This document shows, piece after piece, positions 63,958-64,000 of a stretch of DNA of 64,000 bases (within the stretch, counting starts at the first letter, position 1; each line of letters begins with the position of its first letter). Both the position numbers and the translations under genes were made by a program. The notes below the pieces were generated by a model. It did no database searches. It was not told the DNA's origin and saw only the letters and a program-made list of their open reading frames with translations. The stretch is taken from NCBI RefSeq assembly GCF_001194135.2, contig NC_068991.1:6747510-6811509 (forward strand), in the 5' to 3' direction. Source of the DNA: Octopus bimaculoides. Its lineage: Eukaryota.

Positions 63958-64000
63958 GTAAAAATATGTGACACTTATTCAGTAGCCATGATAAAACTCC

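Overview
Eukaryotic, AT-rich, microsatellite-saturated sequence with many N gaps. It looks like a coleoid cephalopod, probably Octopus; this is an inference from the SINE content and repeat style. Nearly all ORFs in the track come from microsatellites or N runs, and I recognise no conserved host protein. Well supported: (1) dozens of copies of three modular tRNA-headed SINE families (A, CORE-like; B, Meta-like; C, V-like) plus a fourth (AAC)n-tailed repeat family D; (2) degenerate autonomous-element fragments found by manual frame-shifted translation: a Ty3/Gypsy RT-RNase H, a mariner transposase split by a hAT-type MITE and partly duplicated, two Tigger/pogo C-termini, RTE LINE 3' ends, and two restriction-like-endonuclease retrotransposons (CRE-like and HERO-like); (3) MITEs with TIRs and TSDs. 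Weaker: a possible divergent promoter at 33.3-34.4 kb and several phase-compatible candidate exons on both strands, which may be chance splice signals. I found no CRISPR array, true tRNA, rRNA or miRNA, and no clearly novel system. The most notable observations are SINE domain shuffling (a recurrent Meta+V chimera and a shared stem-loop), nested transposon chronologies and the candidate promoter/exon architecture.
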